From: Squalus acanthias
Lineage: Eukaryota
Length of the DNA: 64,000 nucleotides
Reading direction: 5' to 3'
NCBI GenBank assembly: GCA_030390025.1
Contig: JASTWF010000340.1
Span: forward strand, 248,001-312,000
Part shown: piece by piece, positions 13,863 through 27,135 of the stretch
How the letters are laid out: each line of letters begins with the position of its first letter
Position numbering within the stretch: position 1 is the first letter of the stretch
Program-made: the position numbers and the translations under genes
Notes under the pieces: generated by a model
Database searches by the model: none
What the model saw: the letters and a program-made list of their open reading frames with translations, nothing else
What the model was told of the DNA's origin: nothing

Positions 13863-16799
13863 TCAGTACCCCATTCCTGCTTTCTCGCCATACCCCTTGA
13901 TCCCCCTAGTTGTGAGTGTTATATCTAACTCCCTTTTGAATATATTTAGCGAACTGGCCTCAACAACCTTCTGTGGAAGAGAATTCCATAGATTCACCAC
14001 TCTCTGGGTGAAGAAGTTCCTCCTCAGCTCAGTCTTAAATGGCTTCCCCTTAATCCTCAGACTGTGACCCCTGGATTTAGTTTTCCCTAACATTGGGAAC
14101 ATTCTGCCCACATCTAATTTGTCTAAACCAGTCAGGATTTTAAATGTCTCTATAAGATCCCCCCTCATTCTTCTGAACTCCAGAGGATACAAGTTCAGTT
14201 GACCCAATCTTTCTTGATATGTAAGTCCGGCCATCCCAGGAATCAATCTAGTGAACCTTCGCTGCACTCCCTCAATAGCAAGAATGTCCTTCCTTAAGTT
14301 AGGAGAATAAAACTGCGCACAATACTCCAGGTGTGGCCTCACCAAGGCCCTGTACAACTGCAGCATCACCTCCCTACTCCTGTACTCAAATCCCCTTACT
14401 ATGAAGGCCATCATTCCGTTTGCTTTCTTGACTGCCTGCTGCACTTGCATTCCCACCTTCAGTGACTGATGTACCATGACGCCCAGGTCTCGTTGCACCT
14501 CCCCTTTCCCTAATCTGCCACCATTCAGGTAATAGTCCGCCTCTCTATTTTTAACACCGAAGTGGATAACCACACATTTATCCACATTGTACTTCATCTG
14601 CCATACATTTGCCCATTCACCCAACCTGTCCAAGTAACTCTGTAGCCTCCTAGCATCCTCCTCATTGTTCACACTGCCTCCCAATTCAGTGTCATCCGCA
14701 AATTTGGAGATATTACATTTAATCCCTTCGTCCAAATCATTAATATATAATGTAAACAGCTGGGGTCCCAGCACCGAACCCTGCGGTACCCCGCTGGTCA
14801 CTGCCTGCCATTCTGAAAAGTACCCATTTGCTCCTACTCTTTGTTTCCTGTGTGCCAACCAGTTCTCAATCCACATCAACACATTACCCCCAATCCCATG
14901 TGCTTTAACTTTGCTCACCAATCTCTTGTGTGGGACCTTGTCGAAGGCCTTCTGAAAGTCCAAATACACCACATCTACTGGTTCCCCCCTGTGCAGCCTA
15001 TTGGAAACATCCTCAAAAAATTCCAGAAGATTTGTCAAGCATGATTTCCCTTTCACAAATCCATGCTGACTTGGACCTATCATGTCGCCACTTTCCAAAT
15101 GGTCTGTTATGAAATCTTTAATAATTGCTTCCATCATTTTACCCACGACCGATGTCAGGCTGACCGGTCTATAATTCCCTGCTTTCTCCCTCCCTCCTTT
15201 TTTAAAAAGAGGGGTTACATTGGCCACCCTCCACTCCATCGGAACTGATCCAGAGTCTAAGGAATGTTGGAAAATGATCGTCAATGCATCCACTACTTCC
15301 AAGGCCACCTCCTTATGTACTCTGGGATGCAGACCATCAGTCCCCGGGGATTTTTCAGCCTTCAGTCCCATCAATTTCCCCAATACCTTTTCCCGACTAA
15401 TAAGGATTTCCCTCAGCTCCTCCCTCTTACCAGATCCTCTGACCCCTTTTATTTCCGGCAGGTTGTGTGTGTCCTCCACAGTAAACACCGAACCAAAGTA
15501 CTTGTTCAATTGATCTGCCATTTCCTTGTTCCCCATTACGACTTCCCCTGTTTCCGACTGCAGGGGACCTACGTTTGTTTGTACTAACCTCTTTCTTTTT
15601 ACATATTTATAGAAGCTTTTGCAGTCCATTTTAATGTTCTCTGCAAGCTTCCTTTCATATTTTATTTTCCCTGCCCTAATCAAACCCTTCGTCCTCCTCT
15701 GCTGAGTTTTGAAGTTCTCCCAGTCCCCGGGTTTGCTGCTACTTCTGGCCAATTTGTATGCTACTTCCTTGGTTTTAATACTATCCCTGATTTCCCTTGT
15801 TAGCCATGGTTGAGCCACCTTCCCTTTTTTATTTTTACGCCAGACCGGGATGTACAATTGTTGTAGTTCATCCATGCGATCTCTAAATGTCTGCCATTGC
15901 CCTTCAACTGATAGCCCCTCAAATATCGCTTGCCAATTTAACCTCGCCAATTCACGCCTCATACCCTCAAAGTTGCCCTTATTTAAGTTCTGGACCATGG
16001 TCTCTGACTTAACTGTTTCCTTCTCCATCCTAATGTAGAACTCCACCATACTATGGTCACTCTTCCCCAGGGGGCCTCGTACCACAAGATTGCTGATTAG
16101 TCCTTCCTCATTACACAACACCCAGTCCAGGATGGCCTCCCCACGAGTTGGTTCCTCAACATATTGGTTTAGGAAACCATCCCTTAAACACTCCAGGAAA
16201 TCCTCCTCCACCGTATTGCTTCCAGTTTGAGTAGCCCAATCTATATGCATATTAAAGTCACCCATGATAACTGCCGTGCCTTTTTTGCACGCACCTCTGA
16301 TTTCCTGTTTCATACCCTGCCCCACCTCACTACTGCTGTTTGGAGGTCTGTACACAACTCCCACTAACGTTTTCTGCCCTTTGGTGTTTTGCAGCTGAAC
16401 CCATATTGATTCCACATCCTCCAAGCTGATGTCCTTCCTAGCTATTGCATTAATCTCCTCTTTAACCAGCAATGCTACCCCACCCCCTTTCCCTTTAATT
16501 CTATCCTTTCTGAATGTTGAATACCCCTGGATGTTCAGTTCCCAGCCTTGATTGTTCTGGAGCCACGTCTCTGTAATCCCAATCACATCGTATCTGTTAA
16601 CATCTATTTGCACAGTCAATTCATCCACCTTATTACGGATACTCCTTGCATTAAGACACAGAGCCTTTAGGCTTATTTTATTAACATCCTTTGTCCTTTT
16701 AGATTTATGATTTAATATGGCCCTTTGTGTTTCTTGCCTTTGTTTACTCGGTCTTCCCCTATTGTTTCTCACCCTTCTAACATTTGTTTCTGACTGCAT
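13863..16799 (-). CDS. CR1 ORF2p (apurinic endonuclease + reverse transcriptase), uninterrupted 978 aa
   Basis: APE motifs NARS, GITETW, GDFN, ILD, SDH; RT motifs [23 protein letters not shown]. Confidence 0.95.
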   Translation of the reverse strand: MQSETNVRRVRNNRGRPSKQRQETQRAILNHKSKRTKDVNKISLKALCLNARSIRNKVDELTVQIDVNRYDVIGITETWLQNNQGWELNIQGYSTFRKDRIKGKGGGVALLVKEEINAIARKDISLEDVESIWVQLQNTKGQKTLVGVVYRPPNSSSEVGQGMKQEIRGACKKGTAVIMGDFNMHIDWATQTGSNTVEEDFLECLRDGFLNQYVEEPTRGEAILDWVLCNEEGLISNLVVRGPLGKSDHSMVEFYIRMEKETVKSETMVQNLNKGNFEGMRRELARLNWQAIFEGLSVEGQWQTFRDRMDELQQLYIPVWRKNKKGKVAQPWLTREIRDSIKTKEVAYKLARSSSKPGDWENFKTQQRRTKGLIRAGKIKYERKLAENIKMDCKSFYKYVKRKRLVQTNVGPLQSETGEVVMGNKEMADQLNKYFGSVFTVEDTHNLPEIKGVRGSGKREELREILISREKVLGKLMGLKAEKSPGTDGLHPRVHKEVALEVVDALTIIFQHSLDSGSVPMEWRVANVTPLFKKGGREKAGNYRPVSLTSVVGKMMEAIIKDFITDHLESGDMIGPSQHGFVKGKSCLTNLLEFFEDVSNRLHRGEPVDVVYLDFQKAFDKVPHKRLVSKVKAHGIGGNVLMWIENWLAHRKQRVGANGYFSEWQAVTSGVPQGSVLGPQLFTLYINDLDEGIKCNISKFADDTELGGSVNNEEDARRLQSYLDRLGEWANVWQMKYNVDKCVVIHFGVKNREADYYLNGGRLGKGEVQRDLGVMVHQSLKVGMQVQQAVKKANGMMAFIVRGFEYRSREVMLQLYRALVRPHLEYCAQFYSPNLRKDILAIEGVQRRFTRLIPGMAGLTYQERLGQLNLYPLEFRRMRGDLIETFKILTGLDKLDVGRMFPMLGKTKSRGHSLRIKGKPFKTELRRNFFTQRVVNLWNSLPQKVVEASSLNIFKRELDITLTTRGIKGYGEKAGMGY

Positions 16800-16846
16800 A
16801 TTACTTCCCCCTGTTTCGCTACATAGGTTCCCCTTCCCCTGCCATA

Positions 16847-17230
16847 TTAGTTTAAATCCTCCCGAACTGCTTTAGCAAATATTACCCCGAGGACATCGGT
16901 TCGAGTCCTGCCCAAGTGCAGACCGTCCCTTTTGTACAGGTAGCACTTCCCCCAGAACTGGTTCCAATGCCTCAGGAATTTGAATCCCTCCCTCCTGCAC
17001 CACTGCTCAAGCCACGTATTCAATCTCACTATCCTGTTCTCTCTATTCTGATTAGCACGTGGCCCTGGTAGCATTCCAGAGATTACTACCTTAGAGGTCC
17101 TACTTTTTAATTTAGCTCCTAGCTCCCTAAATTCTGCTTGTAGGACCTCTTCCCGCGTTTTACCTATATCGTTGGTACCTACATGCACCACGACAGCTGG
17201 CTGTTCACCCTCCCTCTTCAGAATGTTCTA
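16847..17230 (-). CDS. C-terminal part of CR1 ORF1p (SGNH/GDSL esterase-like domain), 5'-truncated
   Basis: VHVGTND and DGLHL motifs directly upstream of ORF2. Confidence 0.85.
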
Positions 17231-20200
17231 ATGTTTTAAGCCGTATAATTAGTTAATTCTTTGAATAACATCGCAGCAGATTCATATAATTGTAGAACCT
17301 TAGAGCAGAGAAGGAGGCCACTTGTTCCAACCTGCATGTGCGGCTCTTTGAAAGACCAATAAAATTAGGCCCTTTCATAGACTGTTTCCACATAGGCCTG
17401 CACGTGTTTCCTTTGCAAGCATTTACCCAATTCCCTTTTGAAAGTTACAATTAGAGGTTCAGTGACAGATTGATTCTCAGACATTAATTTATTAACAAAA
17501 TTGAATTCCAGTGTATTAAATCACATCCGGGATAATATTCCACCTAGATACTCCGAAACTATAAATTAGGGGCCGAGTACACAAACACAATGTGAGAAAA
17601 GGAGCAAACAAACCGCCTATTCGCCCTGTATTGTGCGACAAATATAACTGTGCCTGAAATCAATGTAGTTTCTTTCAGAGTCCCAAAAAATAAAATGAGT
17701 AAACGGTATCGGAAATATAAGATTTAAATTCCCTTTGCAGGAAAATGAAATCCATGTGTTTCACATTTATTTTATCTGAAAAGCAAGTCTGCTTGGATCA
17801 CGGTGGGAAATGTAGTAAACTTCAAAGTGCAGTAAGCAGTGAGGAGGTTAGCAGCAGACTTCAGGAGGGTAGAGATAGGCTGGTGAAATGGGCAGACACG
17901 TGGCAGAGTCCAATTAATGCAGAGAAATGTGAAGTGATGAATTTGGGAAGGCAATTGAGAAGAGACAATATAAAGGATATTATAAAATGTTACACGGCAT
18001 TTAGGGTGCACATAAACAAGATAAGTTGGTCAATATATTTTAAAAACTTTAAGATTTTTGGCTTTAAAAGTTGAGGTATAAAGTACAAAAGGAAGGAGCT
18101 GATGCTAATCCTTTGTATATCACTGGTTAGGTCACAGCATGAGCAATGTTTCCAATTCTCAGCACATCACTTTAGGAAGGATGTCACGACATTGTAAAGG
18201 GTGCCAAGGAAATTTAACAGAATGGTGCCAGGGATGAGGGAATTCAGTTATGTAGAGTAACTGGAGAAGCTGGGATTGGTCTCCTTAGGGCAGAGAGGTA
18301 TAAGGGAAGATTTAGCAGAATGGCACGAGGCCTGAGCAACTTCAGTTAAGTAGAGAGATTAGAGAAACTGGGATGCTTTTTCCCCTTAGAGCAGAGAAGG
18401 TTAAGGTCAGATGTATCAGTAATATACAGGGAATGAGGGACTACAGTTATGAGGAGAGACGAGAGAAGGTGGGATTATTCTCCTTAGAGCAGTGAAGGTG
18501 AAGTGGAGATTTACCAGTACGGTAGCGGGGATGAGGGACTTCAGCTATGAGGAGAGACTACGGAAGGTGGCATTATTCTCCTTAGAGCTGTAAAGGTGAA
18601 GTGGAGATTTAACAGTATGGGACCCGGAATGAGGGACTTCAGTTTAGAGGACAGATGAGAGAAGCTGAGGTTGTTCTGGTGTAATCTGCATGGAACAAAG
18701 AAGAGGAATTAAATACCGATGAGCAAAGAATCTGAAATAAATTCAGGCTGCAGTTAACAGTGACAGGAAATGCTTACAACGGAATCCTGTGGTTTCAGCT
18801 CAGAAGCGCTTCACGTCAAACAATGAAGCATTTAAACCCTGACATTGACAACAGGGCATCAGATCCAAGACTCAGGCTAAACATATTGCAGGATAATGCA
18901 TGGTGGGAATCTCTCTGATATGTTTTAAGCCGTATAATTACTTAATTCTTTGAATATCACCACAATTAGAATCAGACATTGATAGATTAATAGAGCAGAG
19001 AATGAGGTCACTCGGTCCAACCTGCCTGTGCGGCTCTTTGAAAGACCAGTCCAATTAGGCCATTTCATAGGCTTTATCCACATAAACCTGCACGTGTTTC
19101 CTGTTCAAACATTTACACAATTCCCGTTAGACAGAAACAATTAGAGGCTCAGAAACAGATTCATTCTCAGACATAAATTTATTAATAACATTGAAATTCA
19201 GTCTTTTAAATTACATCAGGGATGATATTCCACCTAGAATCTCCTAGCCTATAAATTAGGGGCGTGTACACAAACACAATGTGTGAAATAGGAGCATACA
19301 AACCGCCTCTTAGCCCTGTATAGTGCTACAGATGTAACTGTGCCTTAATATTAATGTAGTTTGTTTCAGAGTCCAAAAAATTAAAATAAGTAAACAGAAT
19401 CGGAAACATAAGATTTAAATCATCTTTGCAGTAAAATGAAATTCATGTGTTTCACATTTCTTTTATCTGAAAAGCAAGACTGCTTGAAGAACGGTTGGAA
19501 ATGTAGTAAACTTGAAAGTGTAGTATGCAGTGAGGAGGTTAGCAGCAGACTTCAGGAGGGCAGAGATAGGCTGGTGAAATGGGCAGACACGTGGCAGATG
19601 TCATTTAATGCAGAAAAATGTGAAGTGATGAATTTTGAGTAGGCAAATGAGAAGAGACAATATAAAAGATATTATAAAATGTAACAGTGCATTCAGGGTG
19701 CACATAAACAAGATAAGTTGATCAATATATTTTGTAAACTTTAAGATCTTTGGCTTTAAAAGTTGAGGTAAAATGTACAAAAGGATGGTGATGCTAATTA
19801 TTGATATATCACTGGATGGCTTCAGCTGGAGCAATGTTTCCAATTCTCAGCACATCACTTTTGGAAGAATGTCAAGACCTAGTAAATGGTGCCAAGGAAA
19901 TTTACCAGAATGGTGCCATGGATGAGGGAATTCGGTTATGTAGAATAACTAGAGAAGCTGGGATGGGTCTCCTTATGGCAGAGAGGTATAAGGGAAGATT
20001 CACCAGAATGGCAGGAGGCCTGAGCAACATCAGTTATGTAGAGAGATTAGAGAAACTGGGATTTTTTTCTCCTTAGAGCAAAGAAGGTTAAGTTGTGATG
20101 TATCAGTAATAAACCGGGAATGAGGGACTTCAGTTATGAGGAGAGACTAGGGAAGGTGGCATTATTCTCCTTAGAGCAGTGAAGGTGAAGTGGAGATTTA

Positions 20201-23200
20201 ACAGTATGGTACCGGGAATGACGGACTTCAGTTATGAGGAGAGACTAGGGAAGGTGGCATTATTCTCCTTAGAGCAGTGAAGGTGAAGTGGAGATGTGCC
20301 ATTATGGTACCGGGAATGAGGGACTTCAGTTTTGAGGAGAGATGAGAGAAGCTGGGGTTGTTCTGGTGAAAACTGCATGGAATAAAGAAGAGGAATTAAA
20401 TACCGATAAGCAAGAATATGAAAAAAATGCAGGCTGCGGTTAACAGTGACAGAATATGCTGACAACGGAAACTAGTGGTTTTAGTTCAAAAAATCTTCAC
20501 CTCGGACAATGAAGCATTTAACCCCTGACATTAAGAACAGGACATCAGAACCTAGACACAGGCTGAACACATTGAATGGAAATGCATTTTGTGAATCTCT
20601 CTGATATGTTTTAAGTCGTATAATAAGTTCATTCTTTGAATAACATCACAGTAGATTCATATAATTGTAGAACATAAGAGCAGACACGGAGGACACTCGG
20701 TCCAACCTGCCTGTGCGGCTCTTTGAAAGACCAATACAATTAGGCCCTTTCATAGACTGTTTCCACATATGCCTGCACGTGTTTCCTTTTCAAGCATTTA
20801 CACAATTCACTTTTGAAAGTTACAATTAAAGGTTCAGTAACAGATTGATTCTCAGACATACATTTATTAATAAAATTGAATTCCAGTGTATAAAATTACA
20901 TCAGGGATAATATTCCACCTAGATACTCCGAAACTATAAATTAGGGGCCGTGTACACAAACACAATGTGAGAAAAGGAGCATACAAACCGCCTCTTAGCC
21001 CTGTATTGTGCGACAAATGTAACTGTGCCTTGAAATCAAAGTAGTTTCTATCAGAGTCCCAAAAAATAAAATGAGTAAACGGCATCGGAAATATAAGATT
21101 TAAATCCCCTTTGCAGGAAAATGAATTTCATGTGTTTCATATTTCTTTTATCTGAAAAGCAAGTCAGCTTGGAGCACGGTTGGAAATGTAGTAAACTTGA
21201 AATTGTAGTAAGCAGCGAGGAGTTTAGCAGCAGATATCAGGAGGACAGAGATAGGCTGCTGAAATGGGCAGACAGGTGGCAGATTACATTTAATGCAGAA
21301 AAATGTGAAGTGATGCATTTTGGGTAGGCAAATGGGAGGAGGCAATATAAAGGATATTATAAAATGTTAAAGGCATTCAGGGTGCATATAAGTAAGATAA
21401 ATTGGTCAATACATTTTAAAAACTTTAAGATTTTTGGCTTTAAAACTTGAGGTATAATGTACAAAAGAAAGGAGGTGGTGGTAATCCTTTGTATATCACT
21501 GGTTAGGTCACAGCTGGAGCAATGTTTCCAATTCTCAGCACATCACTTTAGAAAGGATGTCACGACATTGTAAAGGGTGCCAAGGAAATTTACCAGAATG
21601 GTGCCAGGGATGAGGGAATTCAGTTATGCAGAGTAACTGGAGAAGCTGGGATTGGTCTCCTTAGGGCAGAGTGGTATAAGGGAAGATTTAGCAGAATGGC
21701 ACGAGGCCTGAGCAACTTCAGTTAAGTAGTGAGATTAGAGAAACTGGGATGATTTTTCCCCTTAGAGCAGAGAAGGTTAAGGTCAGATGTATCAGTAATA
21801 TACCGGGAATGAGAGACTACAGTTATGAGGATGGACGATAGATGGTGGGATTTTTCTCCTTAGAGCAGTGAAGGTGAAGTGGAGATTTACCAGTACGGTA
21901 GCGGGAATGAGGGACTTCAGTTATGAGGAGAGACTAGGGAAGGTGGCATTATTCGCCTTAGAGCAGCGAAGGTGAAGTAGAGATTCAACAGTACGGTAGC
22001 GGGAATGAGGGACTTCAGTTTTGAGGAGAGATGAGAGAAGCTGGGATTTTTCATGTGTAATCTGCATGGAACAAGAAGAGGATTTAAATACCGATAAGCA
22101 AAGAAGAAGAAAAAAATTGAGGCTGCGGTTAACAGTGACAGAATATGCTGACAACAGAAACGAGTGGTTTTAGTTCAGAAAAGCTTCACCTCGGAAAATG
22201 AAGCATTTAACCCCTGACATTCAGAACAGGACATCAGAATCAAGACACAGGCTAAACACATTGAATGTTAATGCATTTTGCGAATCACTCTGATATCTTT
22301 TAAGCCGTATAATCAGTTTATTCTTTGAATAACACCACAGTAGATTCATAAAATTGTAGAACCTTAGAGCAGAGAAGGAGGCCACTCGGTCCAACCTGCC
22401 TGTGCGGCTCTTTGAAAGACCAATACAATTAGGCCCTTTCATAGACAGTTTCCTCATAGGCCTGCACGTGTTTCCTTTTGAAGCATTTACCCAATTGCCT
22501 TTTGAATGTTACATTTAGAGGTTCAGTAACAGATTGATTCTCAGACATTCATTTATAAACAAAATTGAATTCCAGTGTATTAAATTACATCAGGGATAAT
22601 ATTCCACCTAGATCCTCCGAAACCATAAATTAGGGGCCGTGTACACAAGCACAATGTGAGAAAAGGAGCATGCTAAACGCATCGTCGCCCTGTATTGTGC
22701 GACAAATGCAACTGTCCCTTGAAATCAAAGTAGTTTTTTTCAGACTCCAAAAAAGTTAAAATGAGTAAACGGCATCGGAAATATAAGATTTAAATCCCCT
22801 TTGCAGGAAAATGAAATCCACGTGCTTTACATTTCATTTGTCTAAAATGCAAGGCTACTTACAGCACGGTTGGAAATGTAGTATACTTGAAATTGGTGCA
22901 ATCAGAAAGGAGGATAGCAGCAAACTTCAGGAGGGCAGAGACAGGCTGGTGAAATGGGCAGACACATGGCAGATTACATTTAATGCAGAGAAATGTGAAG
23001 TGATGTTTATTGGGAAGACGGATGAGAAGAAACAATAAAAAAGGAAATTATAAATCGTTACAGGACATTCAGGGTGCACATCAACAAGTTAAGTTGGTCA
23101 ATAAGATAAGCCATCTTTAAGATATTTTACTTTTAAATTAGAGGTATACAGTACAAAAGGAAGGAGGTTTGCTAAACCTTTGTATATCACTGGTTTGGCC

Positions 23201-23459
23201 GCAGCTGGAGCAGTGATCCCATTCTTGGCACAACACTTTAGGAAGGATTTCACGACATTGTAAAGGCTGCAGAGGTAAGTTACCAGAATGTACCAGAGGT
23301 GAGGATATTCAGTTATGTAGAATGACTAGAGAAGCTGGGATTGTTCTCCTTATGGCAGAGCGGTATTAGGGAAGATTTATCATACTGCTTCCAGGGATGG
23401 TGGACTTCAGTTATGTGGAGAGGCAGGAGAATCTGTGTTTGGTCTCCTTCGTACAAACC

Positions 23460-25495
23460 AGATATGTACGCATAAGGAGCAAAGATGGGGCTTCAGAAGC
23501 TAGAGTGCCTGGATGAGAAAGCGTATACGGTTCAAACTAAACAGAAACAGCAGGCTTATGACAAATGTCAAGTGCATAAATACAACAGAACACCGCGTAA
23601 AATCTGGAGAGTGCAGGCTGCAATTGAAAAACGATGTAAGATGTGCAAAGAGAGATTACGAAAACAGATTAGCGGGTAACATTAACAGGAATACAACAAT
23701 ATTTCACATACAAAAACTGAAAGGGTAGTTAAAGGAATAGTGGGGCCGAATAGGGTCAAAAAGGAAATATTCTTGTGGAGGCTGATGGTATGATTGAGGT
23801 ACTGAATGAGTATTTTGCATCTGTATTCACAAAAGAAGTGAATGAAGTTGCAGTAGAGGATGTGGAGTATATATATTGGATAGAATAAAAATAGATAGTA
23901 AGGTGTTGATAAATGTGTTGGAATCACTCAATGATAACAAGTCACCCGGGCCAGATGGGATCCATCCTACGTTGCTGAGGGAAGCTATGGTGGAGATAGC
24001 AGCTGTTCTGACCACAGTCTTCCAACCCTCCTTGTGAATGGGAGCGTTGCCAGAGGACTGAAGGATTGTAAATGTCACTGACTGTTCAAAAACGGGGAGA
24101 GCGATAAACCTGGTAACTACCGGCTAATCATTCTGCATTCGGCAGGAGGCAAACTACTGCAAACCACAGTCATTGACAACATTATTTCTCATTTAGAGAA
24201 GCTTGGTTTAGTAAGGGAGAGCCTTGTATCCCTTATTAAAGTATATTGTTCCAGTCTAATCGGTTTGACTGAACTGATTGAGTTCTTCGATGAAGTATGA
24301 ATGAAGGTTGATGAAGGTAATGCAGTCGATGTTGTGTATCTGGAATTTCAATAATGTATCACATAACAGACTCACTGGTAAATTAGAAGCACGTGGTATT
24401 AAAGGGACGGTGGTGATTGGTGTTCTTAAATGTCTAAGAGATAAGAGGCAGAGAGTAGTGTTGAACAGATGTTCTCTTGACCATGTGGAAGTACACAGTG
24501 GTGTAACCCAGAGGTCGGTGTTAAAACCATTGATTTCCCTGTTATATAACAATGATCTGGACTTGTGTATAACGGATAAAATTTCAAATATTGCGTTTGC
24601 TGCTAAATTTGGCAAAGTTGTAATTAATGAGCAGGATAGCAGCAGACTTCAGGAGGATAGTGTCAGAGTGGTGAAATGGACAGACATATGCCAGATGGAA
24701 TTCACTGCGGCTAACTGTGCAGTGAAGCACTTTTGGAGAAACAACATGGAGAGGCAGTTTAATGTAAACGACAATATCGTCAATGGGTAAAAGAGCGAAG
24801 GGAGCTGGCCGAACACACTCACAAATCATTGAAGGTGGCTGGGCAATTTGACAAAGCAGTATAGAACGTGTATGGGATAATTGGCTTTCAAAAAAGAGCC
24901 ATTTAATACAACAACAAGGTAGTCATGCTAAACACTTACAAATCACTGGTTAGGCCTCAACTGGAGTTTTGTGAACAATTCTAAGCACCACACTTTATGA
25001 ACGATGTCAAGTACTGTGGAGGATAGAGAGAAGGTATCCAGGATGATACTAGGGATGAGTGTCCTCAATAGGAGAATCTGAAATTGTTCACCATATAACA
25101 GAGCACGACAATGTGAGACCAGATTCATGTACTCGCAATAATATGGTGTTTTGATAGAGCAAGTAGCGACAAACCCTGTCCCCTAGCAAGTGGGTCGACA
25201 ACCAAAGGTCACAGATTTAAAATTAATTTGAAAAACGCCGAGAGGGGAAATCATGCGAAATTATTTGACATGGGAGGTTGATAAGATCTGGAAAAAACCA
25301 CCTGAAATGCTGGTGGAATCAGATTCCATGGGATCTTTCATAAGGCCATTGGACTTGTACTTGAAGAGCACTAATTTGCATGGTTATGGATAAAATGGTC
25401 CAGGCTGGGAATAATTTGGACAGATCTTTCAAACAACCGACACAGGGAGGACAGGCAGAATGGCTCCTTCTGCACTGTAAGGTTCCATGATGCTA
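23460..25495 (+). mobile_element. Old decayed CR1 LINE (ORF2 3' part and 3' UTR)
   Basis: Degenerate KSPGPDG-like, SGVTQRSVL and MEFTAANC segments with many stops. Confidence 0.85.
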
Positions 25496-27104
25496 AATAA
25501 ATTAGGTCAATTGAGATGATCGTTTGTAAAGAATTCCAATAATCCATGGCTAGAATCAAGATGTACCTTGGGCCTAATGACACAAACCAGCTTTAAATGA
25601 TGATCAGATACACAAACGGTCCATTTTGTGACTGAGTGAAACCATCAGTGAAAGATAAAGTCGAGCAGCTGGGTGGACTCTGTTTGCAAATACTGAGCAT
25701 CTCTACAGATCTCCACATGCGACCAAAAACGCGGAACAGGATGGCAATGCATGCGGCGGAGCTCCATTATGGAATGGCTGGAGGCATTAACGGTCGGAAT
25801 TGAGATTGAACATGATGGCGATTAAGAGATAAATTTTGAACACAAATGGTAGCTGCAGTACTGTGTTTGTTGAAGGACATGAGTCTCCGCCAACTGTGCA
25901 GATCAATATCTCAGTGAGATGTTTCAGCTCCTGCACACTGAATGAGGAAATGGACTTAATATAAATTCCTAGATCTGTATGCTGCCTGAATTATTCACCA
26001 GAAAATTTTAGTTTTACAGACAGTACACACACCCTCACAAATATCACAAAGTGCCCTAAATTGAGATGCAATGTGGTAAAGAAAATGAAAAATTAGCAAA
26101 CAAAGGGAAAATGGTCAGTACTGCAGAGAACAGGAACAGCAGTTAAGTCTCATAACGGCAGGCAGCGGTTTCAAATCGAAGGAGCTTTAGTTCAAAGAAA
26201 GAGCAGCTAAGCTGCTCACAGAATGAACAGTTTCTCAGAACCAAGGGCAGAGATAAAAATATATATACTGGAATATCCACTGACTGTTAATATTTTTTTT
26301 CTCCTCTTTCTCTCTCCAAATCACCGGAAACATAGAATCATATAAGCGTACGGCACAGTAGCAGATCATTCGGCCCATCGTGTCTGTGCCGGCAGGAAGG
26401 GATTTTCTTTTGCCCACTGGACACATTCCTGTTCTGTTCAGCAAATGACCAGGCTTAACCGAACCGACAGAAGAACATTTAGTTCAAGTGAACATCTTTG
26501 TGAAACCTCAAACCTAATCAGCTGGTATTGTGCATTATCAGACACAAATGTAACCGTTTTATTTCAATAAGTCTAATCCTTCCCCTTTCTTTATAAAGGA
26601 GCCGATTCCCCCTGGAACACGGCTGTAAGGGCGGCGCTTTTCTGTTTTGCCCTTGGGTAGAGCGGACACTTTCCATGTCTGAGCTCAGACGCTGTGTGTC
26701 CGTGAAAAGTCTGATAACAGATGGTGTAAACATGGATCCTGAATGTGCCCTCAAATGACATCCACTGATCAACAGTTTACAATGGAGCCACACGGTAACG
26801 ATCAGCAGCGGGCACTCTCTCTACTTCGCTCTCCGCCCTAAATCACCCAACTCTCCCGAAAACTAAAACCAGTTTCACTCTCTCAACGCTACCAACTGAG
26901 AATTCTGCACAAACAAGCATCCGCTCCGACAGCTTTCCAATCTAAAGTGCTTCACACCAAACTAGGAGTTACTTTCATTCACTGAACTACTGGAGATCGG
27001 ACACTGCCGGGCTCAGTCCCGCTCTACCGCTTATATTTGCCCACTCTATTGCTTCAAAGAACTGAAATGCAGTAATTTAGGTATAAAATTGTTTCACAAC
27101 TCAC

Positions 27105-27135
27105 CAAACATCAGTAACAAGGCGGCTGTGTCCAT
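27105..27135 (-). CDS. Candidate signal-peptide first exon (MDTAALLLMF + phase-1 donor) of an unidentified gene
   Basis: Strong Kozak AACATGG, hydrophobic codons, donor TTG|GTGAGT; lies in non-repetitive sequence. Downstream domain exons not identified. Confidence 0.4.

Larger units (their letters stand above)
13767..17230 (-). mobile_element. Young CR1 LINE, 5'-truncated within ORF1, inserted into an array unit
   Basis: 8-bp TSD ATGTTTTA at 13759-13766 and 17231-17238; GAAACATA-type tail on the + strand; ORF1 remnant followed by full ORF2. Confidence 0.97.
4330..23450 (+). repeat. Tandem array of ~10 units of a ~1.6-1.7 kb mosaic (non-TE segment + antisense CR1 tail + non-TE segment + sense CR1 RT C-terminus)
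   Basis: Marker resembling TTTGCAGGAAAATGAA recurs near 5437, 8687, 9412, 11005, 12577, 17738, 19429, 21114 and 22804; marker resembling TTCAGGCTGCAGTCAACAG recurs near 4752, 6340, 8000, 10320, 11900, 13580, 18743, 20430 and 22120. Confidence 0.95.
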
